From a virus, in the IMG/VR virus record IMGVR_UViG_3300031673_000059, positions 1-54,320 of that record: DNA of 54,320 nucleotides. The stretch is one strand, 5' to 3'. Every line of letters starts with the position of its first letter. The first letter of the stretch is position 1. The notes under the pieces were generated by a model, which saw only the letters and a program-made list of their open reading frames with translations, had not been told where the DNA came from and searched no databases. The position numbers and the translations under genes were made by a program. Below, piece after piece: positions 1-7,440 of this stretch.

Positions 1-1046
1 CTCAGAGGCCCTCCGTCGCGCTTGGTGGGCTTGTTTTCGGCCCTCTTGAGGTCAGAGACCTGCTCCCGGTCTCCGACTAGCTGGGCCTTCTGACGAGCTC
101 TCTCGGCCTCCAGCTGCTCTTTACTCATGCCCATGGTGTCCTCCTCGGGTAAACCATATGGTGCACCCAGGTCCTCGTTTGGTGCGGCGCGGAACTCACG
201 ATGTTTCTCTTCGGAGTGCTGTGCCTCCGGCGGTTCGGGTGCAGGCCCAAGAGACGCGAGAGGACGTAAGTCCGATCGTGTCCTCAGACCGTTAGGTCTG
301 TCTCCCAATACATCTTCTAGTTCATCTGTACAGGGAAGCAGTGTACTGCCCGAGGGTCGGGCAGTACACTGCCATAGGTCAGGCAGTACACTGCCATAGG
401 TCGGGCAAGACACTGCCATACCTATAGCAGTGTCTTGCCCGAGGGTCGGGCAGTGTACTGCCCGAGGGTCAGGCAGTGTACTGCCCGAGGGTGAGTCGTC
501 CAGACTCGCCATCTCAGGCACTTGCGGCCCAGGACCATCACCCAAAGCATCGCCCAGGCCATCGGCAACGGCGTCATCGGCAACGGCGTCCAAATTCCCG
601 CTCGCCCACCCAGCTGGTCTGCCAGTCCGCTTCGGCCCCTTCCGCTGCTTGAATGATCTCCGCTGAAGCTCTTTGACCCCGCCTGACTCCTCGACGTAGG
701 CGATCGCGTCGACCGCTCTGTTGCTCAGTAGGCGCTCCGGGCAGTTGATGGGCGGAGGCTCTACCAGCGTGTAGACCGGGTATCGCTTGTCGTTATCGCG
801 GTAGCTGATGGAGATCAACCCGAGTCGTTCGAGGTTGCGAAGCGAGTCGAAGATAGTTCGCTCGGCTACCCTGAGCTGTCCAGCCAGGGCACCCTTCGTA
901 AGCCTGCAGACCCTCGGTCCGTCGGTCTTCTTGAGGCAGTAGGACATCAGCAGGGAGTAGAGCCTGAAGTCATGGCTGGTGAGGTCTGGGCAGCGGATGA
1001 TGTCGTCGAAGATCTGTGTGAAGAGGCGATTCTTGTCCTTGCTCAT
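1..1046 (-). CDS. winged-helix DNA-binding protein, replication-initiator-like; partial (leaves window at left edge)
   Basis: The minus-strand ATG at 1046 overlaps the TGA of ORF 1043..1369 (ATGA). Translating codon by codon I find no stop down to position 1, which explains its absence from the ORF track. The N-terminal ~95 aa (MSKDKNRLFTQIFDDIIRCPDLTSHDFRLYSLLMSYC...RTIFDSLRNLERLGLISI) are paralogous to the two upstream wHTH ORFs. The frame reads through the iteron array. An in-frame GGAGG+ATG at 134 is a possible nested start. Confidence 0.6.
   Translation of the reverse strand, partial: MSKDKNRLFTQIFDDIIRCPDLTSHDFRLYSLLMSYCLKKTDGPRVCRLTKGALAGQLRVAERTIFDSLRNLERLGLISISYRDNDKRYPVYTLVEPPPINCPERLLSNRAVDAIAYVEESGGVKELQRRSFKQRKGPKRTGRPAGWASGNLDAVADDAVADGLGDALGDGPGPQVPEMASLDDSPSGSTLPDPRAVHCPTLGQDTAIGMAVSCPTYGSVLPDLWQCTARPSGSTLLPCTDELEDVLGDRPNGLRTRSDLRPLASLGPAPEPPEAQHSEEKHREFRAAPNEDLGAPYGLPEEDTMGMSKEQLEAERARQKAQLVGDREQVSDLKRAENKPTKRDGGPL
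300..336. promoter_or_regulatory. locally AT-rich tract flanking the iteron array (possible DNA-unwinding element)
   Basis: cccaatacatcttctagttcatctgtaca is clearly more AT-rich than its surroundings and abuts iteron 1. Confidence 0.3.
337..493. repeat. iteron array: seven 14-bp near-palindromic boxes at 22-bp phasing
   Basis: Boxes are GGCAGTACACTGCC or its complement GGCAGTGTACTGCC; the two central copies are GGCAAGACACTGCC and its complement. They start at 337, 360, 382, 404, 426, 449 and 472. Copies 2-4 and 5-7 are inverted around a dyad near 421/422. Spacers are of only two kinds (CGAGGGTC, ATAGGTC). Confidence 0.9.
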
Positions 1047-1369
1047 GCGCCGCCTGCACTAGCAAGCTGTCGAAGGACGCTGTAGCCGTTATCTAGGTGC
1101 AGGAGCTCGATGTTCAGCCACCCAGGCGACCGATGGACGATCTTGATGAGTTCGAGCTCAGAGAGACGGCGGAGCGCCCTGCGGACGGTCGACGCGCTGT
1201 AGTTGGTATCGGCGGCCACGGAGCTCACGCTCCCGCAGTCAACCGGGTTGTGATAGTGGGCCCGGTATTCGGCGGCGATGTAGAGGTAGACGATCTTCTC
1301 GGAGGGCGAGAGATCGGCGTCCCGGATAATCCGGCCAGCTACCTCGGTCATCGTCCTATGCTTAGCCAA
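1043..1369 (-). CDS. winged-helix HTH protein (paralog 2 of 3)
   Basis: ORF track, 108 aa. The pattern RIIRDADLSPSEKIVYLYIAAEY...STVRRALRRLSELELIKI is shared with its neighbours. It is coupled to both neighbours by overlaps. Confidence 0.7.
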   Translation of the reverse strand: MAKHRTMTEVAGRIIRDADLSPSEKIVYLYIAAEYRAHYHNPVDCGSVSSVAADTNYSASTVRRALRRLSELELIKIVHRSPGWLNIELLHLDNGYSVLRQLASAGGA

Positions 1370-1757
1370 CGAACTGCTCCGACGAGCTGTTTAGTCGAAT
1401 CAGTCCAGTGTAAGGACCTCGCCGACTCTCCCGGCTAATGAAGCCTCTCTCCTCTAGCCGCGCGAGCACCTCGCACACGGTTCGCTTCGTAAGCCCCGTG
1501 CGCTCTGCGAGAGTTTCGAGGCCGTCGTCGATCTCCTTCGCGCTCGTGCAGAGGTCCATGAGGACCGCGAAGACGCGGACGTCCGACGACCTCATTGACC
1601 GGTCAGACACAAGCCTTCTCGGTACGCGGAGATAGCCCTGTTCACTTCGTTGCATGTGAACCCTCAAGGAGTGGTTAGTGGTGAACTTGACGCCCCGACC
1701 GGCGCAGAAAGAGTCTAGCTTGACCTGAACGGATTTCAAGTCTTTTCCGGCGCGCAT
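1362..1757 (-). CDS. winged-helix HTH protein (paralog 1 of 3)
   Basis: ORF track, 131 aa, with RVFAVLMDLC...LAERTGLTKRTVCEVLARLEERGFISR. An alternative start at ATG 1655 (GAGGG 5 nt upstream) aligns better with the paralog N-termini. Confidence 0.6.
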   Translation of the reverse strand: MRAGKDLKSVQVKLDSFCAGRGVKFTTNHSLRVHMQRSEQGYLRVPRRLVSDRSMRSSDVRVFAVLMDLCTSAKEIDDGLETLAERTGLTKRTVCEVLARLEERGFISRESRRGPYTGLIRLNSSSEQFVG

Positions 1758-1784
1758 CGAAACCCCGACCTATCACCTACATAG

Positions 1785-1792
1785 GTTCTACC
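1785..1792 (-). promoter_or_regulatory. GGTAGAAC -10-like motif, 27 nt upstream of ATG 1757
   Basis: Plus strand reads gttctacc. The TAG inside the motif is the stop of the frame-B ORF ending at 1788. Confidence 0.45.
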
Positions 1793-2231
1793 GGCAGCGC
1801 CAGGCTGCGCGCATGGTCTCTGGACGAACCATGTCGAAGTTCTCTCTGTGTCGCCTTATGCACGGCTCCCTGCGGAGAACACGGAGGCGGGTCGTCCAAC
1901 CGCCACCACGAGCAACATACGCATCAGTGATGCTGTATATGGCGTTCAGGTAAGCCCCACGAACTGGCGGCTCGGCGACGAAGTCGAACGTCATGATCTG
2001 GTAATCGACAACGCCGCCCTGCTCATCAATCGATCCACGACCGCTTTGAGAGATACCGACGCTCGAACCTTCGTTGAGCGCAGCCCGGAACCGCTCAGCG
2101 GCCTCGCCACGCAGCTCGAAGGCCGACGTCATCGTGCTCGCCCACGATTGGGTTCCGGTGACCGGGTTCTGGTTCGACGCAGCACCAGTAGGTGCCTCGG
2201 GCAGCGCGACTCTTACCTCGTCTGCTGATGT
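1788..2231 (-). CDS. +1-frame continuation of the gp23-like module of the FGE fusion protein (frameshift, error or pseudogene)
   Basis: The C-terminal part of track ORF 1788..2516 (...SADEVRVALPEAPTGAAS...MTSAFELRGEAAERFRAAL...) continues the order of conserved blocks seen in the capsid paralogs. Over the same DNA, the tail of frame A is Arg-rich and junk-like. Confidence 0.4.
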   Translation of the reverse strand, partial: TSADEVRVALPEAPTGAASNQNPVTGTQSWASTMTSAFELRGEAAERFRAALNEGSSVGISQSGRGSIDEQGGVVDYQIMTFDFVAEPPVRGAYLNAIYSITDAYVARGGGWTTRLRVLRREPCIRRHRENFDMVRPETMRAAWRCR

Positions 2232-5200
2232 TGTCGAGGTAGAAAAGCATTCCGGCTCGGTTGTCGAGTGGTTGAAGAGGGGGCGGCCAGAAGGGGTTGG
2301 AGAGTCCCTGTCTGACGAGGGGTCCTGCGAACCGGAGGAATGCTGAGTCGCTGCCCCCCTCAGCGACGACTCGGTCCATGTGTCGCTGGTGGTTTTCGAG
2401 GAGCATGCCTGTAAGAGCTCTTGTGAAACTGTCGTCGACTCCTTCGAGGAGGGGGGCCCATTTCTGGGTGTAGCGGTTGACGATGCTCTGAAACTCTGGT
2501 GCCTCAGCAGCGGCACCTCCAGGCCGCTCTTGGAGTAACTCCTGCCTCAACCTCGTCATGGTAGCGAGGATCTCTGATGGTTGAATCGGCGGTGTCGCAG
2601 ACCCAGTTGAGTCCTCGGACGACGCGACCGTCGTCCACACCTCGCTCGGGGGTGCCGTCGTCGATGGTGGCGCAGAAGACGTTGAGTCCGAGTAACTCGG
2701 GTCCGGGAGCGCCGCCGACGATCCGGACCCACTCAGAAAATCCGAGTCACCTCGCTCTCCAGGCTGACCTGGGCCCGAGCCAGCAACGATGTTCACCGGC
2801 TCGGATGATCCTGGAGTCGAAGGCCTCTCCATGCTGGTAGGACTGCCAGTTACCTCCTCGGACGGTGCAGGATCCGAACCCCATCTGCTCGATGGCTCGG
2901 TCCATGACGGATCGTAGGTAGATTCGACCGCTGGTGTTCCGGGGGGCGATTCCGAAGGTTCCCTCGACGATGTGTGTGAGTGGTCTTGGGTTGACCATGA
3001 TGGCCGCCGCTTCTGCTCTTGTGATGTTTGGGCCGTAGAGGGCCCTAACCCAAAAGGGACGTCATCGGGCCCTCCATGCCGCCCGTGGACCGGCCGTAAA
3101 GTCGGGGAGTTCGGGATCGAGCCACCAGGAATCGGCCCGATCCCACCCCTGCCAGTCTCCGCCTCTGAGCGTGTAGGCGTCGATCCCGATGTAGTGCGCG
3201 ACTTCGGGCGAGACTCGCATCCAGTTGGCTGGGTTTCTGACGGTGAGCTCGTAGATTCGTTGGGCCGCCGCCGCGACCCTGGCGATAAAGGGAGGTCACC
3301 TTGCTCTCCAGGCGCACCTGAGTCCGACGTCTCTGACGTCGTTTCCGGCACCTCGCTGCCGTCTGGCGACGAAGCCCTCGTCCTCTCCTCTGAGGACCTT
3401 AGGTCGATCCTCGGCGGTGATTGCGATGTAGGGGGCGTAGATGAACCCGGTGTCAAGGACTGTGTCGCCCTTGTAGCCGAAGAGGAACCCCGTCCTGTCT
3501 CCGTCCTGGGACTGGTCAACATGGATGAGGCGGCCGCCGTCTTGGGATGAGAATGGGGGCTCTGGGTGGACCGTCCACCCAGGCCTGATCCGAAACCCGA
3601 GTCACCTCGCTCTCCAGGCCCCTCGGAGTCCGAGTCCGTGGTCGAGGTCCCAGCCCCAGACTCTGCCGGTGTCGAGGCCTGGGTCGGCGAGTTCGAGCCA
3701 GCAGATCCCCCGGACCCTGATCCGGGGCTGGAAGGGTCCGAGCCGACCGGCGTTGCGTCCTCCGCGTAGGGGCCCAACCCCATCCCGAGGTCGGAGTAAG
3801 CGTCCATGTGCTCGTAGTCAGCGTACCGGTCGAGCAGCTGCCCGGAAGGAGACATGAGACTGTCGCTCAAGGACCCCGAGCTGGTCTCGCCATCCTGGAG
3901 ATCCCTCTGGGGGTCGTCCGACATTCCAACTGATGGACTTGAGGATGTATGGGATACCGTCCTGGTAGAAGATGCCTCCGAGGTAGCAGCGTCCGAGTTC
4001 GCCGAGCTCGATCTCGCTGCATGGGTTGACCCCGAAGGCTCCGTAGGGTCCGAGCTAATGAACCCTGGCTCTCCAGGCTGTCCTGACGCCTCCTCGGTCA
4101 ATGTTGTGGCCCCTGAAGGAGGCGCCTCGCTCCCAATCCCGGGGGGACTCATCCCAGGAGTAGCTTCGGATGAGGAATCGATGATGTTGCATGCGCTCTC
4201 GGACGGAGAGGCCTGCGTAGGGTCCGAGCTAGGCTCTCCAGGCTGGTCGGAGTCCTGCGTCCTGGGCCCCTCCGACTGCTCGTCCGATGTTGCTGACGGG
4301 GAACGGATAGGTCCCGCCGTTGAGATGATATGTAGGAGGGAATCCGTAGTCAGGAACGGGGTTGATGTAGGGTCCGGGCGTTGCTCGCCGTTAGCGATGT
4401 AGCCATTCTCGGGCAGGTCCTCGACCCCTCGAACCCACTGGCACCTGGTCCATTCGAAGACGTTCCCGCAGTTGTCGTGGAGCCCCCAGTTGTTCGGATC
4501 CTTCAGGCCAACTGCCTTGTGCCCGTCCTCAAACTCGCCGCCGAACCAGGCGATCTTCTTTAGGTCCTCATCCGTGTCGCCGTTGGGGTAGCGCGTAGTC
4601 GCTCCGGCCTTAGTCGCGTATTCCCACATCGCCTCAGAGGGGAGCTGAAAGCCGACCCGCTCACCCTTCTCGTTCCAGAGCCAGGCCTGGTAGGCCGCCT
4701 CGACCTCTGCTGAGAACACCAGCGCTTGGTTCTGGACAGGCAGAGGCATGATGTCCGTGTTGACCTGTTGCTCCCACTCTCTCCACGTCAGCGTGAAGGT
4801 CTGATCTGAGTGTGTGAACTTGCAGTTGGTCAACCGTGCAAAGTCCAGCCGGTTGATGAAGTCCTCGACCTCACGGCACCGATCCCAGGAGACGCTCTCA
4901 ACAGGGTGCTCCCCCCACCTGCGCCCATCAGAGTCCTTCAACTCCATGCGGGTCGCAGGCCCGAACGGCGCGTCACCCATGCGGGTGACGTTAAGCCCCT
5001 CCTCGACCATTTCGGTCGTAGGGAAGTGACTCGGGAACTCACGTGTGACGCGGTACCACTCACGCCCGGTCCACGGGTACTTCGCCATCAGGAATGGCTC
5101 GTCGAAGGTCCGCTTGACCTGTTGCTGGGCCGTCTCATCATCAGGGTCCGCAGTGGGACCCATCATGAACTCACCCGAAGGGATCAGAACGAAGATCATC

Positions 5201-5400
5201 CCCGTCGTCTTGTGCTGATACTCAGCCAGGCCTTGGGAGTTGAGCCCGAGACACGAGAAGAGCTCAGTCTCCTCTACGCGCAGTCCGTAGGGGACGTCGT
5301 TTCCGGCCCTGCGGATTCGCGTGATGTAGTCGCCGCGATCGGCCGCGTCGCCTGTAGCCTGCCAACGGCGTTCTGCTGCTCTTAAAGCGGCGTCTGACAT
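2095..5400 (-). CDS. FGE-sulfatase (SUMF1/EgtB/PvdO-type) domain protein with long S/P/T/G/E/D-rich disordered tether and C-terminal gp23-like N-arm module
   Basis: ORF track, 1101 aa. FGE signatures: IPSGEFMMGP, HPVESVSWDRC, LPSEAMWEYATKAG, NNWGLHDNCGNVFEWT. The C-terminal QKWAPLLEGVDD..LLENHQRH..LQPLDNRAGMLFYLD matches the T4 gp23 N-terminal region and the paralogs at 33.8-35.8 kb. AGGAG lies upstream of ATG 5400. Confidence 0.8.
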   Translation of the reverse strand: MSDAALRAAERRWQATGDAADRGDYITRIRRAGNDVPYGLRVEETELFSCLGLNSQGLAEYQHKTTGMIFVLIPSGEFMMGPTADPDDETAQQQVKRTFDEPFLMAKYPWTGREWYRVTREFPSHFPTTEMVEEGLNVTRMGDAPFGPATRMELKDSDGRRWGEHPVESVSWDRCREVEDFINRLDFARLTNCKFTHSDQTFTLTWREWEQQVNTDIMPLPVQNQALVFSAEVEAAYQAWLWNEKGERVGFQLPSEAMWEYATKAGATTRYPNGDTDEDLKKIAWFGGEFEDGHKAVGLKDPNNWGLHDNCGNVFEWTRCQWVRGVEDLPENGYIANGEQRPDPTSTPFLTTDSLLHIISTAGPIRSPSATSDEQSEGPRTQDSDQPGEPSSDPTQASPSESACNIIDSSSEATPGMSPPGIGSEAPPSGATTLTEEASGQPGEPGFISSDPTEPSGSTHAARSSSANSDAATSEASSTRTVSHTSSSPSVGMSDDPQRDLQDGETSSGSLSDSLMSPSGQLLDRYADYEHMDAYSDLGMGLGPYAEDATPVGSDPSSPGSGSGGSAGSNSPTQASTPAESGAGTSTTDSDSEGPGERGDSGFGSGLGGRSTQSPHSHPKTAAASSMLTSPRTETGRGSSSATRATQSLTPGSSTPPTSQSPPRIDLRSSEERTRASSPDGSEVPETTSETSDSGAPGEQGDLPLSPGSRRRPNESTSSPSETQPTGCESRPKSRTTSGSTPTRSEAETGRGGIGPIPGGSIPNSPTLRPVHGRHGGPDDVPFGLGPSTAQTSQEQKRRPSWSTQDHSHTSSREPSESPPGTPAVESTYDPSWTEPSSRWGSDPAPSEEVTGSPTSMERPSTPGSSEPVNIVAGSGPGQPGERGDSDFLSGSGSSAALPDPSYSDSTSSAPPSTTAPPSEVWTTVASSEDSTGSATPPIQPSEILATMTRLRQELLQERPGGAAAEAPEFQSIVNRYTQKWAPLLEGVDDSFTRALTGMLLENHQRHMDRVVAEGGSDSAFLRFAGPLVRQGLSNPFWPPPLQPLDNRAGMLFYLDNISRRGKSRAARGTYWCCVEPEPGHRNPIVGEHDDVGLRAAWRGR

Positions 5401-5418
5401 AATGATCTCCTGGTCTCT

Positions 5419-5427
5419 GTTTTACCC
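5419..5427 (-). promoter_or_regulatory. GGGTAAAAC -10-like motif, 18-nt leader with AGGAG before ATG 5400
   Basis: Plus strand reads gttttaccc, in the 28-nt gap between the ATPase and the FGE gene. Confidence 0.45.
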
Positions 5428-5428
5428 A

Positions 5429-6817
5429 TCAGACTCCAAAGAGCGCATGGAAGAAGCTCTTGGGCTGGTAGGCCTTCTTCTCGGGCTGCTTGGGCGTGAC
5501 CTTGACATTGGGCGAACTGGGACCACTCGACGGATCGAGTCGCAGCAGCTCATCACCGCTCATGGGGCCCCGAAGGAAGCTGTAGGCCCACCGGATCTTG
5601 GTCACAGCGTGCTCCCCGCTCTTCTTCAGGATCAGGAAGTGCCGCTGAGGAATCGACGTCAGGGTCGACGTGTCCACGTTCCGGCTGGAAAGCTCCTTCT
5701 TGAGGTCCCGGGCGCAGTCCCGGGGCCGCAGCTTGCCGAGGAACCAAGTGCCGACGTTGGTCAGCGCCTTGTAGTCCATGTCGTTAGGGTTCTGAGTCCC
5801 GATCAGCATACCGATGCCCTGGGCCCGGCCCTGAGCGAGGAGCGTGCAGATCGGCTTCTTGGTCGGCGGGTTGAGCGGGTAGGGCGGGAGGTAGCCCCGC
5901 GCCTCGTCCAAGACGACCAGCAGCTTCAGCTTGTTGCTGGCCGGCGCCCGGAACATGTAGTCCACGATCGCCGACAGCAGCATGCCAGCGAAGAACTGCC
6001 GCTCACCCTCGTCCAGGTGTCGGAGGGAGAACACCGAGACCTTAGGCTTGCCGGTGCCCACGTAGCTCTCGATCGAGAGCGGAGAACCGTCGAGCCACTT
6101 GGTCGCTTGCCGCCGGAAGCCGACGATCGACCGAGCGATCTGCATCCGCTTCTTCTTGGGGAAGAAGTCGTCGAGGCTCAGGCCATCGATCTCCTTCAGA
6201 TTGGCAGGGGGCGTGTTCAGAGCGGCGGACCACGTGTCCAGACCGGCCGCCTGACCCGAGGCCCAGGCGTCGACCATCACGTCCGTCAGGAAGACGTTCG
6301 CGGGGTCGGTCATGGGGTCGGCGGTGTGGCCGATCGCGTTGAGGACTCCGGCGACCAGGGCCGAGGCCCGGTCCCGCAGCGCTTGCTCACTGTAGTTGCC
6401 GGTGGGAGCGTCGAAGGACGCCAGGACGTTGACGGACTGGCCGCCGCCTCGGGTCTTGCCGGGGGCGTAGATCGTGACATCGGCGGCCGACTTCCACCGC
6501 TGGACGTTGGGAGCCAGGTGGCCGAGCTCCTTCCGAGCTCGGTCAGCGATCTCGCCCGGGTCCTTGCCGTCCTCCGCCCAGGGAGCGAATTCGCCGGCGG
6601 CCAGACCGGGGAAGGCCAGGGCCAGATTGGTGAGGTCGCCCTTGGGGTCAATGATGATCGCGGACGCGCCGCTCAGCACGGCCTCTTCGATCGTGGCGAC
6701 GGTGGCGCCGGTCTTGCCGGAGCCGGTCCGACCCAGGACCACGCCGTGGGTGGTAAGGTCGGCGGGGTCGATCGTGAGAGGAGTTCCGTCGTTCTTGGTG
6801 CCGATCAACATGCTCAT
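5429..6817 (-). CDS. HerA/FtsK-superfamily P-loop ATPase, DUF853 (YjgR)-like
   Basis: Walker A is VLGRTGSGKTG, Walker B is LLVVLDEARG, followed by GIGMLIGTQNPNDMDY. The start is moved to ATG 6817 (MSMLIGT...) because GGTAGAAA sits exactly 5 nt upstream. The track ORF starts at 6856. Confidence 0.8.
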   Translation of the reverse strand: MSMLIGTKNDGTPLTIDPADLTTHGVVLGRTGSGKTGATVATIEEAVLSGASAIIIDPKGDLTNLALAFPGLAAGEFAPWAEDGKDPGEIADRARKELGHLAPNVQRWKSAADVTIYAPGKTRGGGQSVNVLASFDAPTGNYSEQALRDRASALVAGVLNAIGHTADPMTDPANVFLTDVMVDAWASGQAAGLDTWSAALNTPPANLKEIDGLSLDDFFPKKKRMQIARSIVGFRRQATKWLDGSPLSIESYVGTGKPKVSVFSLRHLDEGERQFFAGMLLSAIVDYMFRAPASNKLKLLVVLDEARGYLPPYPLNPPTKKPICTLLAQGRAQGIGMLIGTQNPNDMDYKALTNVGTWFLGKLRPRDCARDLKKELSSRNVDTSTLTSIPQRHFLILKKSGEHAVTKIRWAYSFLRGPMSGDELLRLDPSSGPSSPNVKVTPKQPEKKAYQPKSFFHALFGV

Positions 6818-6822
6818 GGTTG

Positions 6823-6830
6823 TTTCTACC
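6823..6830 (-). promoter_or_regulatory. GGTAGAAA, 5 nt, ATG 6817
   Basis: Plus strand reads cat ggttg tttctacc. Confidence 0.55.
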
Positions 6831-6909
6831 TTTCTTAGCCTTGTGGCTTCAACCACTACGCCGCCCTGCCACGATTCATCGAACTCGGGTATCAGTAAGC
6901 AGGTGACTT

Positions 6910-7440
6910 ATGAATCGATTCTTTGACGAACTGAAGGAGGCCCGTGACCAGGCCGCAGGCAAGAGTCGATTCAATCCCGACAAGAACCTTCGTCTCACCT
7001 ACGTAAGGGAAGAGCCCAAGGGGTGGCCGCTGACCAGGCCAGCTACTCCAGCCGAGTGGGCCCACGTCCTCAAGGTGATGATCATGCGGCGAGTTCCCAG
7101 GCATGAGCCTATTCATAGGACCAAGCTGATCCAATACGTAAGCGGCGACCTGGTGTCCGCAAGCTCCGCCGGAAGGCTCTACATGGGCCCGGAGTCGTGG
7201 GGCATGAGAAGCGTACATCTCGTGCTTGACCGACAGATGATCGGCAAGGACAAGATCCTGAGAACCGCTCCGACGATGGATGACCCGGAAATGGCCTGGA
7301 GTGCTCCTGCCATCTACAGGACCGAGCACGCTGATGGTTGGCTCGGGAGAGTGCCTGTTACCGTGAACGCCCTCGTAGACTTTCTCCCGGTGACCAACGT
7401 CCTAGATTTGATCGTACAGGCGCTCCTGGACGACGAATAG
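6910..7440 (+). CDS. hypothetical protein; C-terminal NVLDLIVQALLDDE
   Basis: ORF track, 176 aa, with protein-like composition. Confidence 0.65.
   Translation: MNRFFDELKEARDQAAGKSRFNPDKNLRLTYVREEPKGWPLTRPATPAEWAHVLKVMIMRRVPRHEPIHRTKLIQYVSGDLVSASSAGRLYMGPESWGMRSVHLVLDRQMIGKDKILRTAPTMDDPEMAWSAPAIYRTEHADGWLGRVPVTVNALVDFLPVTNVLDLIVQALLDDE

Noticed and set aside
337-493. Regularly spaced repeats that might be taken for a mini-CRISPR array
   Set aside because: The repeats are only 14 bp. The 8-bp spacers are themselves of two repeated types rather than unique. The boxes switch orientation around a dyad. No cas genes are present. An iteron or operator array fits better.
127-666. Plus-strand track ORFs 127..399 and 430..666 across the repeat region
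   Set aside because: They have S/G/R/P-rich junk composition. The opposite strand carries a continuous frame that begins with a recognisable wHTH domain and is translationally coupled to its neighbour.
2700-3650. Two RGD tripeptides (PGERGDSDF, PGERGDSGF) as integrin-binding motifs
   Set aside because: They sit within a low-complexity duplicated segment of a presumably bacterial virus. Chance occurrence is the simplest reading, and no supporting context exists.
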